Assembly (NCBI GenBank): GCA_965243025.1
Contig: CBDETY010000003.1
Span: forward strand, 4,832,001 to 4,896,000
Source: Candidatus Latescibacterota bacterium
Lineage (GTDB): Bacteria; Latescibacterota; UBA2968; UBA8231
Length of the DNA: 64,000 nucleotides
Reading direction: 5' to 3'
The translations under genes and the position numbers were made by a program. Of the stretch, positions 46,649 through 57,584 are shown piece after piece. The notes under the pieces were generated by a model, which was not told the origin of the DNA, did no database searches, and saw only the letters and a program-made list of their open reading frames with translations. Numbering within the stretch: the stretch's first letter is position 1; each line of letters starts with the position of its first letter.

Positions 46649-47896
46649 TCAGCCCAGCCGCATGCGCTCGACCCCCACGAGGCGGTCGTACAGCCAGTAG
46701 AGCGCGATCACGCAGACCAGCAGGATGCCGCCCAGGGCGGCGGCGAGGGACCAGTTGAGGGAAGTCTGCATGTGGTAGGCGATCATGTTGGAGATCAGCT
46801 GGCCGCTGCTGCCCCCAACCAGGGCCGGAGTGATGTAGTAGCCGATGGCGAGGATGAAGACCAGCAGCGAGCCGGCGCCGACGCCGGGGAGCGTCTGCGG
46901 CCAGTAGACGCGCCGGAAGGCCTGCAGCGGACCGGCCCCCAGAGAGGCCGCGGCGCTCATCTGGACCGGCGGGATGGCGCGCATGATCGAGTAGAGGGGC
47001 AGCACCATGAAGGGGAGCAGCACGTGGGTCATGGCCACGAAGGTTCCGGTCATGTTGTAGATCATGGCGAGCCGGCCTTCGTCGCCGACGAGCCCCAGGG
47101 CCACGAGGGCGTCGTTGAGAACCCCCTGGTTCTGAAGCAGGACGATCCAGGAGGTCGTCCGCACCAGCAGCGAGGTCCAGAACGGGACGAGGACAAGCGC
47201 CAGAAGCAGGTTGGCGCGGTGCGGCGGGGCGTGGGCGATCAGGTGGGCGATGGGGTAGCCGAGGATCAGGCACACCCCGGTGATTCCCAGGCTCACCAGC
47301 AGGGTCCGCCACAGCAGGGACAGGTAAATCCGGCGCTCCTCGGGCTGGCGGGCGACCGAGCCGTCCGGCAGCCGCTGCAGGTCGACGGCGTTCAGGTAAT
47401 GCCGCGCCGTGAACCTCTCCCCGGCGCTGCGGATCGCGTGCCAGGTCCGCACCTCCCCCCAGGCGCCGTCGACCCCGATCATCGCCTCGCGCCAGGGCCC
47501 TTCGCCGACCTTCTGCAGCTTCCGGGCGCTCCGCGTCAGGACGCTGCGCAGGCCGCCCTGCACGCGGTTCACGCGGCTGGCGACCTGGCCGAGGGTGCGC
47601 TCCCCCCGCGCCTTCACCAGCTCCCGGGCGGCTGCCTCGTACACCGCCTCGCCGGGGGTGCCCTTGCCGTCCCACTGGCGCAGCAGGTCGAGGGTTCTGG
47701 GGAGGGCGTCCGAGACCACCGGGTCGTACACGCTGCGCACGAGCATGTTTCCCAGCGGCGCGAGGAAGGTCAGGGCGATGAACGCCAGCAGCGGGAGCAC
47801 CAGTCCCGCGGCGCGCAGCCGGGGGCGGAGGTTCGAGTAATCGATGGTTATTTCAACCTCGGACGATGGTATGGGATTCCGGAATCGTCGACTCAC
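46649..47896 (-). CDS. ABC permease, PotB-like (long periplasmic loop)
   Basis: LGYPIA, PFWTSLLVRT, LPFMVLPLY and AAASLGA motifs. Start uncertain. Confidence 0.85.
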   Translation of the reverse strand: MSRRFRNPIPSSEVEITIDYSNLRPRLRAAGLVLPLLAFIALTFLAPLGNMLVRSVYDPVVSDALPRTLDLLRQWDGKGTPGEAVYEAAARELVKARGERTLGQVASRVNRVQGGLRSVLTRSARKLQKVGEGPWREAMIGVDGAWGEVRTWHAIRSAGERFTARHYLNAVDLQRLPDGSVARQPEERRIYLSLLWRTLLVSLGITGVCLILGYPIAHLIAHAPPHRANLLLALVLVPFWTSLLVRTTSWIVLLQNQGVLNDALVALGLVGDEGRLAMIYNMTGTFVAMTHVLLPFMVLPLYSIMRAIPPVQMSAAASLGAGPLQAFRRVYWPQTLPGVGAGSLLVFILAIGYYITPALVGGSSGQLISNMIAYHMQTSLNWSLAAALGGILLVCVIALYWLYDRLVGVERMRLG

Positions 47897-47924
47897 TTCA
47901 GAACCGGTGATTGCCCATGGTTCC

Positions 47925-49025
47925 TCACCGGGCCAGCCAGGTGCTGAAACGCTCGTTCATTTCGTCGCCGTGATCGCTCCACCATTCCCAGTCGTTGTGC
48001 AGGGCGCGCTTCGAGTTCTGCTCGCTCGTGGGCATGTGCGGGCTCATTTCCACCCCCTTTTCGGCATGCGTCGAGATCAGGGGCATCGCCGACCGGCGCG
48101 TCGGACTGTAGGCGATGTAGCGCCCGACGTCGGCGCTCGACCGGGCCGTCGAGGCGAAAGCGACGAACTTCATCGCCGCTTCGAGTCTGGGAGTCCCGGC
48201 GACAACGGCCAGCCCGCCGGTATCCAGCACCTGCCCGTCCCAGACGATGACGAAGGGCTGGTCTTCCAGCACCTGGGCGTTGAAGATGCGGCCGTTGTAG
48301 GCCGTGCTCATCACCACCTCGCCGTCGGCGAGCATCTGCGGCGGCTGCGCGCCGGCCTCCCACCAGACGATGTGCTCCTTGATGGTATCGAGCTTGCGGA
48401 AGGCGCGGTCCACCCCCCCGGGGGTATCGAGGGTTGCATACACCTCGTCGAGCGGCACCCCGTCGGCGATCAGGGCGAACTCCAGGTTCACCAGCGGCGA
48501 GCGGCGCATGCCCCGGCGGCCGGGGAATTTCTCCAGGTCGAAGAAATCCGCCATGGTGGCGGGTTTCTCGCCGGCGATGTTCTTCTCGTTGTAGGCGTAC
48601 ACCGTCGAGTAGAAAATCGTGGCAGGGCCGCAATCGGTGACCGTCCCCTCGACGAAATCCTCGGCTGCAGGCGTCCCGTCGGCTCCGGCCGGCAGCGAGT
48701 CGATCTCGACGACCTCGAGCAGGCCCTCGTCGCAGCCGCGCACCAGGTCCGGGATCTCGAGGTCGACCACGTCCCAGTAGACGTTGCCCACGTCGACCTG
48801 GGCGCGGATCTGCGCCAGCCCGCCGTTGTAGTCCTCGAGATTGATGGCGATTCCCGTTTCCGCGGTGAAGCGCTCGTGGTAGCCCTTGACGCAGGCGCGC
48901 GCATAGGACCCGCCCCAGGATACCACCGTCAGGGACTGCTCCTCGGCAATTGCGCTCCTCCATGGCAGCAAGGCAGCGGCGATCAGCGCCGCGAAGGGAA
49001 CAGCTCTTCTCTCCCTGTTCTTCAT
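47925..49025 (-). CDS. ABC substrate-binding protein, PotD-like
   Basis: Signal peptide; VVSWGGSY, WDVVD, DFFDLEKFPGRRG and YNGR motifs. Probable start at 49025. Confidence 0.87.
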   Translation of the reverse strand: MKNRERRAVPFAALIAAALLPWRSAIAEEQSLTVVSWGGSYARACVKGYHERFTAETGIAINLEDYNGGLAQIRAQVDVGNVYWDVVDLEIPDLVRGCDEGLLEVVEIDSLPAGADGTPAAEDFVEGTVTDCGPATIFYSTVYAYNEKNIAGEKPATMADFFDLEKFPGRRGMRRSPLVNLEFALIADGVPLDEVYATLDTPGGVDRAFRKLDTIKEHIVWWEAGAQPPQMLADGEVVMSTAYNGRIFNAQVLEDQPFVIVWDGQVLDTGGLAVVAGTPRLEAAMKFVAFASTARSSADVGRYIAYSPTRRSAMPLISTHAEKGVEMSPHMPTSEQNSKRALHNDWEWWSDHGDEMNERFSTWLAR

Positions 49026-49285
49026 CTTTCTGCTCCTGTCGTTCTGTTTTGGGTCGGGTTCCCGGTTCTTCGGAGTACCGGCCGGTTTGACTCCAGGTTC
49101 TTCAGCAACAGGGGTTGCCAACTCCCCTATGTCAGGATTTTCCGGGTTGCCCGTGATTCACGGCGATTGCCCGATGCAAAACTAAGCACGATGATTTTGC
49201 CCGGTCCCCTATCCTGCAGATTGCCTCATGGGTATCCGGGACGTCCGCTTGGCGTATAAACCTGAACCACGGATCGAGGTGTGGC

Positions 49286-50902
49286 ATGAATTACGATACC
49301 CAAACGCTCCGGGGGGATCTCTTCGGCGGCATTACCTCCATGGTGGTGGCACTGCCTGTCGCGCTGGCCTTCGGGGTGGCGTCGGGACTGGGGGCGGCCG
49401 CCGGCCTGTACGGGGCGATCGCGGTCGGCTTCTTCGCGTCGGTATTCGGCGGGACGCGGTCCCAGATATCCGGCCCCACCGGGCCGATGGCGGTCGCCAT
49501 GGCCGTCATCGTCACCAGCCGCGCGGCCGACCTGACCGAAGCCCTGACCATCGTCGTCCTGGCCGGACTCCTGCAGGTGATTCTCGGCCTGTCGAAAGTC
49601 GGCCGCTTCGTCGTTTACACCCCGCACGTGGTCGTTTCCGGTTTCATGTCCGGCATCGGCATCATCATCATTCTGATTCAAAGCATGCCCTTCCTCGGAT
49701 CCCCTACCGCCCTGGGGGGACCCATGGCCGCGGTCAGGGCGTTGCCGGAGGCGGTGGGCAATATCGATTTCGGCGCCTTCGCCATCGCCGCGGTCACCCT
49801 CGCCGCCGCGGCGCTCTGGCCTCGGCGGCTGTCGCGATTCCTGCCCGCTCTCCTCGTGGCCCTGATCGCCGGCACGCTGCTGGGCGTCCTGTGGCTGCGC
49901 GACGCTCCGGTCATCGGACCGATACCGACCGACCTGCCCAGCCTGCAGTTCACCCTGCCCTCCGCAGGTTTCCTGGTGCGCGCCCTGGAACCGGCCCTCA
50001 TCCTCGCCCTGCTCGGCTCCATAGACAGCCTCCTCACCTCGCTGGTGGCCGATTCGCTGACCGGCACGCGCCACAACCCGAACCGCGAGCTCGTGGGCCA
50101 GGGTATCGGCAACATGGTCTCCGGGCTGTTCGGCGGCGTGCCCGGGGCAGGCGCCACCATGGGCACGGTGACCAACATTCGCGCCGGGGGTCAGACTCAG
50201 GTATCGGGGGCACTACGGGCCCTGCTCCTGCTGGCGCTGCTGCTGGGCCTCGGCCGCTACGTCGAGCCGATCCCCCATGCGGCTCTCGCCGGCATCCTCG
50301 TGAAAGTGGGCTGGGACATCATCGACTGGCGCCTCCTCACCCGGGTTCACCGCATCCGGCGGGAGCATCTCCTGGTCATGGGGATCACCCTGGGGCTCAC
50401 GGTTTTCGTCGACCTGGTGACCGCCGTGGCGATAGGGCTGATCGCCGCGGGCATGGCCAACGCGCGGCAGCTGGAACGCCTCGAGCTCGACAGCGTGGTC
50501 TCGGTGCCGCTGATGGACCAGACGTTCTTCTCGGAACAGGAGGATGCGGCGGGGATGGATCCGTATTCGGCCCGCGTCGGCCTGGTCGCCCTCAGGGGGA
50601 GCTTCACCGTCTCCTCCTCCAACAAGCTGGTGGGAGTGATAGGCGGGGACATCAAGGATCACGAGGTCGTAATCTTCGACTTCTCGGACGCCACCTACCT
50701 CGACGACAGCGCCGCCATGTTGATCGCCCAGCTCCTGGAGGTCGCGGAAAAGGAGCATACCGAGTCGATCGTGATGGGCCTCAAGGGACCTGTTGCCGAG
50801 ACCCTTTACGGTCTCGATATCCTGCGCAACGTACCCGAGAAACAGATCGTCGGATCGCTGGACGAGGCGCGGCCGGTAGCCAGGGACCTCCTCGACGGCT
50901 GA
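49286..50902 (+). CDS. SulP-family anion/bicarbonate transporter (BicA-like) with STAS domain
   Basis: GDLFGG, ALAFG, QISGPTGPM, NRELVGQGIGN and GATMGT motifs; C-terminal DFSDATYLDDSAA. Confidence 0.9.
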   Translation: MNYDTQTLRGDLFGGITSMVVALPVALAFGVASGLGAAAGLYGAIAVGFFASVFGGTRSQISGPTGPMAVAMAVIVTSRAADLTEALTIVVLAGLLQVILGLSKVGRFVVYTPHVVVSGFMSGIGIIIILIQSMPFLGSPTALGGPMAAVRALPEAVGNIDFGAFAIAAVTLAAAALWPRRLSRFLPALLVALIAGTLLGVLWLRDAPVIGPIPTDLPSLQFTLPSAGFLVRALEPALILALLGSIDSLLTSLVADSLTGTRHNPNRELVGQGIGNMVSGLFGGVPGAGATMGTVTNIRAGGQTQVSGALRALLLLALLLGLGRYVEPIPHAALAGILVKVGWDIIDWRLLTRVHRIRREHLLVMGITLGLTVFVDLVTAVAIGLIAAGMANARQLERLELDSVVSVPLMDQTFFSEQEDAAGMDPYSARVGLVALRGSFTVSSSNKLVGVIGGDIKDHEVVIFDFSDATYLDDSAAMLIAQLLEVAEKEHTESIVMGLKGPVAETLYGLDILRNVPEKQIVGSLDEARPVARDLLDG

Positions 50903-51045
50903 GGGGGATGCGGCCGCATCAGCGGCGCGCGCGCCTGTCTTCACGCCGCGACTTCGGCGTTCTGTCCGGTCCCCGGCTGGCTGTGGTTTGCCGCCCCCTG
51001 GAGGTCTTGGACCGGGTGTACCGAAGCTCGCGCGACGATCCCCCT
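50902..51045. terminator. Long imperfect hairpin between convergent genes (bidirectional terminator or MITE remnant)
   Basis: Ends AGGGGGAT and ATCCCCCT; internal CGCGACTTCGG pairs imperfectly with CCGAAGCTCGCG. Flanked directly by both stop codons. Confidence 0.4.
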
Positions 51046-52795
51046 ATTCGGGATCAGCTTCTCCTTCGACGCGCACGGTGACGATGTCGGTGTCGTGGTA
51101 CTGCTGGTGGCGCACCGACGAGGCCACGTGCCGCAGCAGGCGCAGCGAAAGCTCGCGCTCGTCGGGGGCCTCTGCCCGTTCCCCGAGCAGGACCATCATG
51201 TCCTCGAGGTTCTCGTCGCCGATGGCGGCCACGAACTCCAGCTCCAGGGCGCTCGCGTCGCGGTTGGCGAACAGGAGCAGACGCCGCTTCTGCCCGGCCT
51301 CTTCCCCCTCCTCGGGCATCCCCAGGCTCAACAACGTCTCCTCTCCGGCCAGGCACAGGCGCTCCACGGCCATCGCGCTCCAGCCGAGGCGGCCGGCGCA
51401 CTCGCGCAGGAACGCCTCCACCCTGGGAACGGCGGCCCGGTCCAGCTCCATTTCGATGCGCCGCCGGCGCGGGCGGGTCAGCTCCATGAACAGGGTCAGC
51501 ACGATGGCGACAAGGCCGCCGGTGGTCATGCCGTTTCCCAGCAGGACCCCCCAGGTCTCGCCGAGGGAGTCGGCGAAAATCGCCTTGTTCTGGAACCCCG
51601 TCCCGATCCAGAACCCCAACCCGGCCACCGTTGCCTTGCGGTAATCGATGCCGTCCTGGACGACGATCCTCATCCCCTGAATGAAAAGAAGCGCCAGCAG
51701 CATGGTCAGGTAGGCGGCGGCCACCGGGTTGGGAATGGCCAGCGGCAGCGCCGTCAGCTTGGGCATGAACGCCAGGACCGCCAGGACGATGCCGATGTAT
51801 ACCCCGACGTTCCGGGAGGCCACCCCGGTCATCTCGGCCAGGGGAATGCTCGAGGAGTAGGTGGTGTTGGGCACCGTGCCGGCGACCCCGGAAAGCAGGT
51901 TGCCCACGCCGTCGGCGGCGACCGCTCCCTGCACGGTGCGGAAATCGACCGCCCGTTCGTTCCGCCAGGAAACCCGCTGAATGGCCACCGCGTCGCCGAT
52001 GGTCTCTATGGCCCCGACCAGGGTCACGAACACGAACGCCGGCAGCAGCGCCCAGAACGAGGCCCCCAGGCTCCATTCGAACCCCTGCCAGCCTCCGGCG
52101 GGTACCCCGACCCAGGGGGAGGAAGCGATACGCTCGACGTCGTAGAGGCCGAAAAGCGAGGCCACCCCGCAGCCGACGACGATGCCGACGACGGGGGACC
52201 ACAGGCGCCAGGTACCTGTTGCGCGCAGGCCCAGCGCCGCCACCGCGACCAGGGTGGCCGCGGCGGTAACCGGGGCCGCGGCCGGCGGCGTCCCCTCCGG
52301 GACGTCGGACAGCATGTCGAAGGCGATCGGCATGATGGTCACGGCGATCAGCATGATCACCGTGCCGGAGACGACCGGGGTGAGGATTCGCCGCAGCAGC
52401 GACAGCCGCGCCGACAGGGCGAACTGGAACAGCGACGAGACGATGACGAGGGTAGCGAGCAGCGCCGGGCCGCCCTCGACCAGTGCCGCCACGCAGACGG
52501 CGATGAAGGCGCCGGAGGTGCCCATGATGAGGACATGCCCGGAGCCGAAGCGGCCGAGGCGAACCGCCTGCAGGACGGTGGTGGTTCCGCTGACCACAAG
52601 GGCGGCGAAGATGGCCCAGGTCATGTAGGTCTCGTCCTGGTCCGCCGCCCGGATCACGATGGCCGGGGTCAGGACGATCCCGGCCAGGACGAGCATGGCC
52701 GCCTGAACTCCCATGCCTGCGGACAGCAGGTGCGGCGGACGCTCGTCGGGCTGATAACGGATCCCCGAATGGCTGGACCTGTCTCCTGAAGCCAT
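51044..52795 (-). CDS. NCS2 nucleobase permease with C-terminal degenerate HATPase (RsbW-like) domain
   Basis: DERPP, TPVVSG, ETIGD, ADGVGN and PNTTYS...TGVASR motifs, followed by a soluble tail of about 140 aa. Confidence 0.8.
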   Translation of the reverse strand: MASGDRSSHSGIRYQPDERPPHLLSAGMGVQAAMLVLAGIVLTPAIVIRAADQDETYMTWAIFAALVVSGTTTVLQAVRLGRFGSGHVLIMGTSGAFIAVCVAALVEGGPALLATLVIVSSLFQFALSARLSLLRRILTPVVSGTVIMLIAVTIMPIAFDMLSDVPEGTPPAAAPVTAAATLVAVAALGLRATGTWRLWSPVVGIVVGCGVASLFGLYDVERIASSPWVGVPAGGWQGFEWSLGASFWALLPAFVFVTLVGAIETIGDAVAIQRVSWRNERAVDFRTVQGAVAADGVGNLLSGVAGTVPNTTYSSSIPLAEMTGVASRNVGVYIGIVLAVLAFMPKLTALPLAIPNPVAAAYLTMLLALLFIQGMRIVVQDGIDYRKATVAGLGFWIGTGFQNKAIFADSLGETWGVLLGNGMTTGGLVAIVLTLFMELTRPRRRRIEMELDRAAVPRVEAFLRECAGRLGWSAMAVERLCLAGEETLLSLGMPEEGEEAGQKRRLLLFANRDASALELEFVAAIGDENLEDMMVLLGERAEAPDERELSLRLLRHVASSVRHQQYHDTDIVTVRVEGEADPE

Positions 52796-52829
52796 GCTCA
52801 ACGCACTCTGAAACCGGTCCGGCCCCGGA

Positions 52830-53996
<1,167 letters not shown>

Positions 53997-54002
53997 TTCC
54001 GT

Positions 54003-54806
54003 TCAGTCCCGCCTCAGCTCGCCGAACTCCGGCTTCGGCCCACCAGTTTGGCGATCCCACTGCCAGTGTTCGAGATACGGCTGCAGGGCGTCGAAGCCGA
54101 AAACCCGCCTCCCCTCCGCTCCTGCCCGTTCGAGAACCTCCGGCTCCACCATGCGGCACAGCTCGTACGGCCCCCGCGACCAGTTGCGCCGCCAGGGCGC
54201 GATCATCGCGTAGCGCCTTTTCGAGCTTCTGTTTCTGGAGCTTCCGTGCCAGATGTTGGCGTGGAACAGGATCGCCGATCCCCGCTCCGCTTCCACGATG
54301 CGGGCCTGTTCCGCGGCGTTCTCCGGAATTTCGATCGATTCGACCTTGTGGCTGCCCGGGACCAGCCGCGTGGCGCCGTTGGTTGCGGTGAACTCCCCGA
54401 CGCAGAAAATCGTGTTGATCGACATCGCGTGAGAGGTGATGCGCCGCCCCTCGTCCGCGGCTGCCTGCGACCGCGACCGCAGGTGGCCGGTAACCTCCCC
54501 GTCGGCATGCAGGCCCCCGCCCCCCTGGCCCGGTTCGATGACGGAACCGTGAACGGCGCACAGCACCGCGTCCCCGCCGAGAAAGTGACGGACCAGCCGC
54601 AACACGGAGGGGATCTGGTAGGCCCTTTCGAACACGCGCGCCTTGTTGAACACGCATTCGAGCCCCCCGCGGTTGCTGTCCTCAACCAGCCTCTCAAGTT
54701 CCACCGTGGCGGCATCGCATTCCTCGCTGGTCATCGCCGCCGGCAGAACCGTGTACCCCTCTGTTTTGACGTTTTCGCAATGACGGTCGAATTCAGCACC
54801 GGTCAT
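54003..54806 (-). CDS. PhyH-family Fe(II)/2OG dioxygenase
   Basis: GYTVL, LHAD, NGATRLVPGSH and WHG motifs. Confidence 0.85.
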   Translation of the reverse strand: MTGAEFDRHCENVKTEGYTVLPAAMTSEECDAATVELERLVEDSNRGGLECVFNKARVFERAYQIPSVLRLVRHFLGGDAVLCAVHGSVIEPGQGGGGLHADGEVTGHLRSRSQAAADEGRRITSHAMSINTIFCVGEFTATNGATRLVPGSHKVESIEIPENAAEQARIVEAERGSAILFHANIWHGSSRNRSSKRRYAMIAPWRRNWSRGPYELCRMVEPEVLERAGAEGRRVFGFDALQPYLEHWQWDRQTGGPKPEFGELRRD

Positions 54807-55043
54807 ACCGGATCTTCCTTGTTCAGCTGATTGCGGGCAGCCCTGAACTCATCCCGGGCTGCCCTTCCTTTTGGGACGGCAAGTATGCGCCGGCCGTATT
54901 TCAGGAGCAAACCTGTCGGGCCGAAACACCCCTGTCCACAGCAGCCGAAGATTTCACCAGGGCACAGGGGGTGGTTACCTCCGCGACCGTACCGCGGGTG
55001 CATCTGAATCGAACCGCTTGCCTGGCCGGTCTGCATCTGCGTA

Positions 55044-55064
55044 CGTTTACATGCATGCGTTTAC
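55044..55064 (+). promoter_or_regulatory. Candidate operator upstream of the toxin-antitoxin pair
   Basis: CGTTTAC repeated at 55044 and 55058 around the palindrome CATGCATG, about 27 bp upstream of the RHH gene. Confidence 0.3.
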
Positions 55065-55090
55065 GCCAACCATGTCAGGGGAGTTTGCCC

Positions 55091-55357
55091 ATGGACCGCG
55101 TCCTTTCCGTCCGCGTGGACGAATCCGTTATCCACCGCCTCGACCAGCTCATGCGCAGGCTCGGTGGTACCAAAAAGGCCCTGATTGAAAAAGCGATTGC
55201 CCGCTACGCCGAGGAGGTCGAGTCTGAAACAGGAGAGTTCGACGTCTTCACGCAGACCTTCGGCGCCTGGGAACGCACTGAAAGCGTCATCGAAACAACC
55301 CAGCGCAGCCGCGTCAATCTCAGCGACTCCCTTTCTCACAGGGAGGCGGAAGAGTGA
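55091..55357 (+). CDS. Ribbon-helix-helix (CopG-like) antitoxin
   Basis: MDRVLSVRVDESV...KKALIEKAI; GTGA overlap with the PIN gene; GGGGAG RBS. Confidence 0.78.
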   Translation: MDRVLSVRVDESVIHRLDQLMRRLGGTKKALIEKAIARYAEEVESETGEFDVFTQTFGAWERTESVIETTQRSRVNLSDSLSHREAEE

Positions 55358-55737
55358 GAGCCTACGTCGATTCCGAGATCCTCATCCGCCATTTACGCGG
55401 AAAGCGCAAGGCGTTGAAATTCCTGAGGAAACTGGCCTCAAACCCCGCCTATGAGCTGTGGATAAGCGCCCTCGACCGCAGTGAAATCCTCTCTTCCATG
55501 CACATGGGGGAAGAGCAAAACACCCTGCTTTTTCTCAGCGGCTTCAAAACCGCCCCGGTCGACCAGGTAATCGCCGACACCGCGGCCGGTCTGTACCGCC
55601 AGTGGAACCCGACCTACGGGATCGGCCTGGGGGCGGCCTTTCTCGCGGCCACTGCCATCCGCACGGGCGGCCGCATCTTCAGCCTAAACCAGATGAGGTA
55701 CCCGATGCCGGAGGTCTCTGTGGAAAAGGCATGGTAA
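55354..55737 (+). CDS. vapC: PIN-domain (VapC-like) toxin
   Basis: YVDSEILI, WISAL..SEIL, AATA and SLN..Y motifs; downstream of an RHH gene. Confidence 0.78.
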   Translation: MRAYVDSEILIRHLRGKRKALKFLRKLASNPAYELWISALDRSEILSSMHMGEEQNTLLFLSGFKTAPVDQVIADTAAGLYRQWNPTYGIGLGAAFLAATAIRTGGRIFSLNQMRYPMPEVSVEKAW

Positions 55738-55802
55738 TCCACACGGGGGGGTGTGGATAAGTTCCCCTGTGCTTTCCAGAGTTTTCCACCGCTCTTTCCA
55801 CA
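55719..55802. promoter_or_regulatory. DnaA-box cluster
   Basis: TGTGGAAAA (55719), TAATCCACA (55735), perfect TGTGGATAA (55752), TTTTCCACC (55782) and CTTTCCACA (55794). Confidence 0.6.
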
Positions 55803-55884
55803 TCCCGCTGCATTTTCAGCCTGGAAACGTTCTCCAGACGTATACTTCTTTGTAAACGTTTTCACGCTGCCGTTGGCGTGCTTT

Positions 55885-56721
55885 TCAGGCGGCCGCCCAA
55901 TCTCCGACATGCCGGCGCAGCCACCCCCTCAGGGGAACGTCCTCCTCCGCCGGCGACGTGTACCCGTATCCCCCGTTTTTCGAATAACCCAACAGCTGCC
56001 TCCGGACCGGCTCGCACCGGTCGAACAGTCCCTCGACGCTCTGGTCGTCCCGCGGCCGCAGCCAGCGGTAGCTGTATCCATAGAACAGGACCTTGCGCGC
56101 AACTGCGGAAATGTTGGTGCTGGAGGCGTGCCAGATCCGGCGGTCGAACAGGACGGCTCCCCCTGCCGGCACCAGGATCGGCACTGCCCCGGCAGGGGCC
56201 GACCCGTCTGCCGGCCGCTCGAGCCCGTCCTGCAGGTGGCTTCCCGGAACCGCCCAGAAGTTCGCCCTCCCCGGCTCGCTGCAGTCGCTCAGGAAAAACG
56301 CCACCTTGATCGAGATCCGGGGGCGCGGGCTGACCTCGAGATCCCGGTTCAACTGGCCGCTGTCCTGGTGCCAGCCCAGGAAGTCGACCTCGGTCTTGCC
56401 GGGCTCGGACGGGCTGTACATCAGCACCGTGTGGTAGACCTGGATGTTCCACCCGAGAATCCCCCACACCTTCGGCAGGGTGGCGGGCCAGTCGACGAGA
56501 TCGAGAAACAGCGGGTCGCGCCACAGGACGTCGCGAATCGTGAAGCGCTCGCCCGCATCCTGCCCCCCGGAGCAGGCCTCGGCGACCATGCGGTCGAAGG
56601 CGCCGGTAATCCCGGCGAGCTGCGCGGCCGACATGACCTTCTCCAGCACGAAGTAGCCGTCCCGCTCGAACCGGGTCTGCTCCTCCTCGGTAAGGGTGTG
56701 CTGGAGACAGTCCGTGTTCAC
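55885..56721 (-). CDS. PhyH-family Fe(II)/2OG dioxygenase
   Basis: FERDGYFVL, WHQD, VPGSH and FDRRIWH motifs; GTG start at 56721. Confidence 0.87.
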   Translation of the reverse strand: MNTDCLQHTLTEEEQTRFERDGYFVLEKVMSAAQLAGITGAFDRMVAEACSGGQDAGERFTIRDVLWRDPLFLDLVDWPATLPKVWGILGWNIQVYHTVLMYSPSEPGKTEVDFLGWHQDSGQLNRDLEVSPRPRISIKVAFFLSDCSEPGRANFWAVPGSHLQDGLERPADGSAPAGAVPILVPAGGAVLFDRRIWHASSTNISAVARKVLFYGYSYRWLRPRDDQSVEGLFDRCEPVRRQLLGYSKNGGYGYTSPAEEDVPLRGWLRRHVGDWAAA

Positions 56722-56756
56722 GGTATTTCCCTGTCGTCGGGTCGTCCCGAGACGCG

Positions 56757-57329
56757 CTAACCGGCTATCGCACGCGGCCACAGCCAGCCGAAGACCGCGG
56801 CGGTCGCCAGGGCGTACAACAGGGCGTCGAACAGGTGCTTGACCTGTTGCGACCACGGCAGACCGAACCACACTGATTCGAGAACGCGGCCCCAGCCATA
56901 AGCCAGCCACGCCACCGTACCGGCGACGCGAAACACCTGCAGGAATTCCGCCCCCGGCGCCAGCACGCGTCCGCTCACGTAGGCGACGGCGATACTGGCG
57001 ACGACGAAGTACGCGAAGGTAGCGAGCATCTGTCCGGCCATCGCCGGATCCTTGTTCGGCAGCACGGTGAGGAATGCCACCGGACCTTCGGTGAATTTCC
57101 TCCGGTTCTCCGGTTCCCTGGCCGCATCCCGCGAGGGCATGTGGGGTATGTTGTATAGCCCGGGCGCCAGGTTCTGCTGCTGCAGAGCCTGGCGGGCGGC
57201 TTCTTCGTCGGGCAGCCCGGCGAACTCCGACCGGTGATGAGGCAACACCATCCAGACCAGGGCGCTGACGATCCAGACAAACGCTCCCGACAGCAGAATC
57301 GGCAGCCACAGCTCGGTCATTGTCACCAT
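56757..57329 (-). CDS. Hypothetical membrane protein (about 4 TM)
   Basis: Hydrophobic segments and WMVLPHH; AGGAGG RBS. Confidence 0.72.
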   Translation of the reverse strand: MVTMTELWLPILLSGAFVWIVSALVWMVLPHHRSEFAGLPDEEAARQALQQQNLAPGLYNIPHMPSRDAAREPENRRKFTEGPVAFLTVLPNKDPAMAGQMLATFAYFVVASIAVAYVSGRVLAPGAEFLQVFRVAGTVAWLAYGWGRVLESVWFGLPWSQQVKHLFDALLYALATAAVFGWLWPRAIAG

Positions 57330-57584
57330 GGGACCTCCTCCTTTTTTACAATTTGGACGGGGCTTAGACCTTACACTACTTCACCCCTCGCTGCTAACCA
57401 TGCGCCGCCCCCGTTGTCCGCGCCGGGCGCCCGCGAGTCGAATCCTTCTCCCCGACCCGTTCCCCCCTTCCCCTGGCTCACCTTTCTCCCGGGCAAGCTT
57501 GAGAGCGAGCCCTTTGTTGCACATTTTGCTGCCGATTGTTCAGCCCTGCTTTCTCTCCCCCAAACCGGAAAGGGTCCATCAACC

